From NCBI GenBank assembly GCA_036304725.1, contig JAXIYC010000063.1, positions 7,304 to 71,303 of the forward strand: DNA of 64,000 nucleotides. Direction: 5' to 3'. Made by a program: the position numbers and the translations under genes. The notes under the pieces were generated by a model, which worked only from the letters and a program-made list of their open reading frames with translations, was not told where the DNA came from and made no database searches. Within the stretch, counting starts at the first letter, position 1; every line of letters begins with the position of its first letter. Origin of the DNA: Collinsella sp. GTDB lineage: Bacteria > Actinomycetota > Coriobacteriia > Coriobacteriales > Coriobacteriaceae. Of this stretch, positions 62,197 to 64,000 are shown in pieces.

Positions 62197-63078
62197 TTAC
62201 TGGTCAGTCGGCTTGGCGACGCCGGACTCATCGGACCAAAGCTCGACACCCTTGTTCTTAAGGTAGTTGTCGGCATAGGCGCGACGGCCGCCGGGCTTGG
62301 CGGTGAGGTCGCCCATCATGTTGGAGAAGCCGCCGTCGACCTTGATGGCGTCGCCGGTGGTAAAGTCCGAGCGCTTGGACGCCAGGAACATGACGGCGTT
62401 GGCGATATCGCTGACCTCGCCGATGCGGCGCGTGGCGATCAGACGGCTGCGGCTCTTTTCGACCTCGGGGTCGGCGTAGAAGTTGGCCGACATCGGGGTC
62501 TTAACGAAGCAGGGCTCGACGCAGTTGGAGCGCACGCCGTAGGGACCCCATTCGGCGGCGAGCATCTTGGACATCATGTTGACGCCCGCCTTGGTGGAGC
62601 TGTACACGCCCGAGAACGTCTCGGGGGAGTGGCTGGCAACGGTCGAGATGTGCACCAGGCGACCCTGGCCGGCCTTGATCATTTCGCGACCAAAGCGCTG
62701 CGAGGTGATGAAGTAGCCGGTGAGGTTGACGTTGAGCACCTGCTCCCAGTCGCTCAGCGGCAGGTCTTCCATAGCGGCAAAGCGCAGGATGCCGGCGGTG
62801 TTGACAAGGACGTCGACGCGGCCGAAGTCGGCGATGGTGGCATCGACGGCGGCCTGAACCTCGGCCTCGTCGGTGGCGTTCATCTTGTAGCCCTCGGCGT
62901 GGATGCCAAACTCGGCGGCGAGGTCGGCGGCTGCGGCCTTGACCTTCTCTTCGTCCAGGTCGAGCAGAACGACGTTGGCGCCATTGCGGGCGAACTCGCG
63001 GCAAATCTCGACGCCCATACCGCCGAGTGCGCCGGTTACGGCGCAGACATCGCCCTCGAGCTTAAGCCAATTGCTCAT
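62197..63078 (-). CDS. SDR family oxidoreductase with C-terminal extension
   Basis: Cofactor motif TGALGGMG and catalytic YSSTKAG (YxxxK), with about 40 extra C-terminal residues. Confidence 0.88.
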   Translation of the reverse strand: MSNWLKLEGDVCAVTGALGGMGVEICREFARNGANVVLLDLDEEKVKAAAADLAAEFGIHAEGYKMNATDEAEVQAAVDATIADFGRVDVLVNTAGILRFAAMEDLPLSDWEQVLNVNLTGYFITSQRFGREMIKAGQGRLVHISTVASHSPETFSGVYSSTKAGVNMMSKMLAAEWGPYGVRSNCVEPCFVKTPMSANFYADPEVEKSRSRLIATRRIGEVSDIANAVMFLASKRSDFTTGDAIKVDGGFSNMMGDLTAKPGGRRAYADNYLKNKGVELWSDESGVAKPTDQ

Positions 63079-63311
63079 AGGAACTTCCCTTCTTGTGCCT
63101 CTCGGTGGGTCGCTCCCATTAACCGACCCACGTGGTTTTCGTTGGTTATCGTATGCTTTGCATTTGCGCAGGTGAATTGCATATTTGTTAGAATGGAGTT
63201 AACCGTAGGTTTACGCTGTGCAATGTAGTTTATGCTTAACCGAGCGCGTGACCTGCGAAAATAACCCCCTGTGGCGCCATGTGGCCACGGGTGCGAAAAC
63301 GGGAGAATGAC

Positions 63312-64000
63312 GTGTACGATCGACGACTTGAGGCCATATCGGCCGCCGCGGAGCTGGGAAGCTTCTCGCGTGCGGCGGCAAAATTGCGCGTGTCGACCCC
63401 GGCGCTCGTCAAGCAGGTGTCGGGATTCGAGGCCGAGTTCGGCATCACGCTGTTCGAACGCTCGCACTCGGGCGTCAAGGTGACGCCGGCGGGCGCACTG
63501 CTGGTGGACGACGCGCGCTCGATCATGCGGCAGTCCGAGGACGCGCTGCGCCGTGCCCGACGCGCGGCGGGCGATGGCGGTGCCGTGCGCCTGGGCGTGT
63601 CGATGATGTGCCCAGGGCGCCAAACGCTGTCGATGTGGTCGGGCATCCACGATCTGGAACCGTCGCTGCGATTTGAGATCGTGCCGGTAAGCGACCTCTA
63701 CGACGAACGCGAGACCGTCATGCGCAGCCTCGGTCGCGAGGTGGATGTGGTGCAGTCGAGTTTTTCGACCCCGCGCTGGGGTGACGCCTGCCAAAAGCTC
63801 CGCATCGTTAACGTGCCGTTTTATATCGACGTGCCACGCACGAGCCCGCTGGCGCGCAAGACACGCATTACGGTTGCCGACCTGGAGGGCATGCGCCTGC
63901 GCGTGCTCCGCCACGGCAACGACGCAATGGACAGCCTGCGCATCGACCTTCTGGCCGACGGCGGCGTTGACGTGATCGACGTGGACAGCTTTGACTTTGC
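63312..64000 (+). CDS. LysR family transcriptional regulator (3-prime end outside window)
   Basis: It is absent from the ORF track because no stop occurs before the window end. My hand translation from GTG 63312 (GGGAGA 5 nt upstream) gives YDRRLEAISAAAELGSFSRAAAKLRVSTPALVKQVSGFEAEFGITLFERSHSGVKVTPAG, a LysR HTH. An in-frame ATG at 63279 is an alternative start. Confidence 0.8.
   Translation, partial: MYDRRLEAISAAAELGSFSRAAAKLRVSTPALVKQVSGFEAEFGITLFERSHSGVKVTPAGALLVDDARSIMRQSEDALRRARRAAGDGGAVRLGVSMMCPGRQTLSMWSGIHDLEPSLRFEIVPVSDLYDERETVMRSLGREVDVVQSSFSTPRWGDACQKLRIVNVPFYIDVPRTSPLARKTRITVADLEGMRLRVLRHGNDAMDSLRIDLLADGGVDVIDVDSFDF

Noticed and set aside
1-64000. Search for prophage, IS elements, integrative elements, toxin-antitoxin pairs, restriction-modification or other defence systems.
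   Set aside because: No integrase, transposase, recombinase, phage structural, Cas, methyltransferase/restriction or recognisable toxin-antitoxin gene is present. The tRNA-Ser gene has no adjacent integrase or direct repeat of its 3-prime end. The only mobile-like signals are the short non-autonomous repeats reported above.

Overview
This is a high-GC bacterial chromosomal segment; hand-counted 60-nt lines in typical genes gave about 60-75% G+C. Gene content, including an EF-G2-type paralogue, suggests an actinobacterium, possibly Coriobacteriia, but that is inference only. I can support about 50 protein-coding genes, one tRNA-Ser(UGA), a small (4.5S-type) SRP RNA, about a dozen intrinsic terminators and several families of short palindromic intergenic repeats. 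Gene content is housekeeping plus accessory transport and carbohydrate metabolism. It includes two PTS sugar loci, two heterodimeric ABC exporter pairs (one behind a MarR gene), glmS, ilvE, cysE, a tadA-glycerate kinase fusion, and kup next to a KdpD/KdpE-like two-component system. It also includes an rlmKL-like gene, tex, and an oxidoreductase/MFS/SDR operon with a divergent LysR gene. I saw no transposase, integrase, phage, CRISPR-Cas or recognisable defence genes. The many very long ORFs antisense to these genes are high-GC artefacts. Five leads look most worth following. (1) An AT-rich ~430-bp noncoding segment is bracketed by two direct copies of a 45-nt hairpin repeat. It carries nine copies of TTAGAGAG/CTCTCTAA and a perfect 66-bp palindrome. 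(2) Three dispersed hairpin repeat families share the core AAAGGGACAG. (3) A PTS ketose operon has an orphan GatZ-family gene, an F6P-aldolase/transaldolase and a split transketolase, but no kinase and no GatY. (4) A DeoR-controlled Ula-type PTS is flanked by two diverged transaldolase-family paralogues and lacks the usual ascorbate-pathway genes. (5) Unusually long perfect inverted repeats (33, 30, 19 and 18 bp) lie in convergent intergenic regions. All functional interpretations are inference, and none could be checked against databases here.
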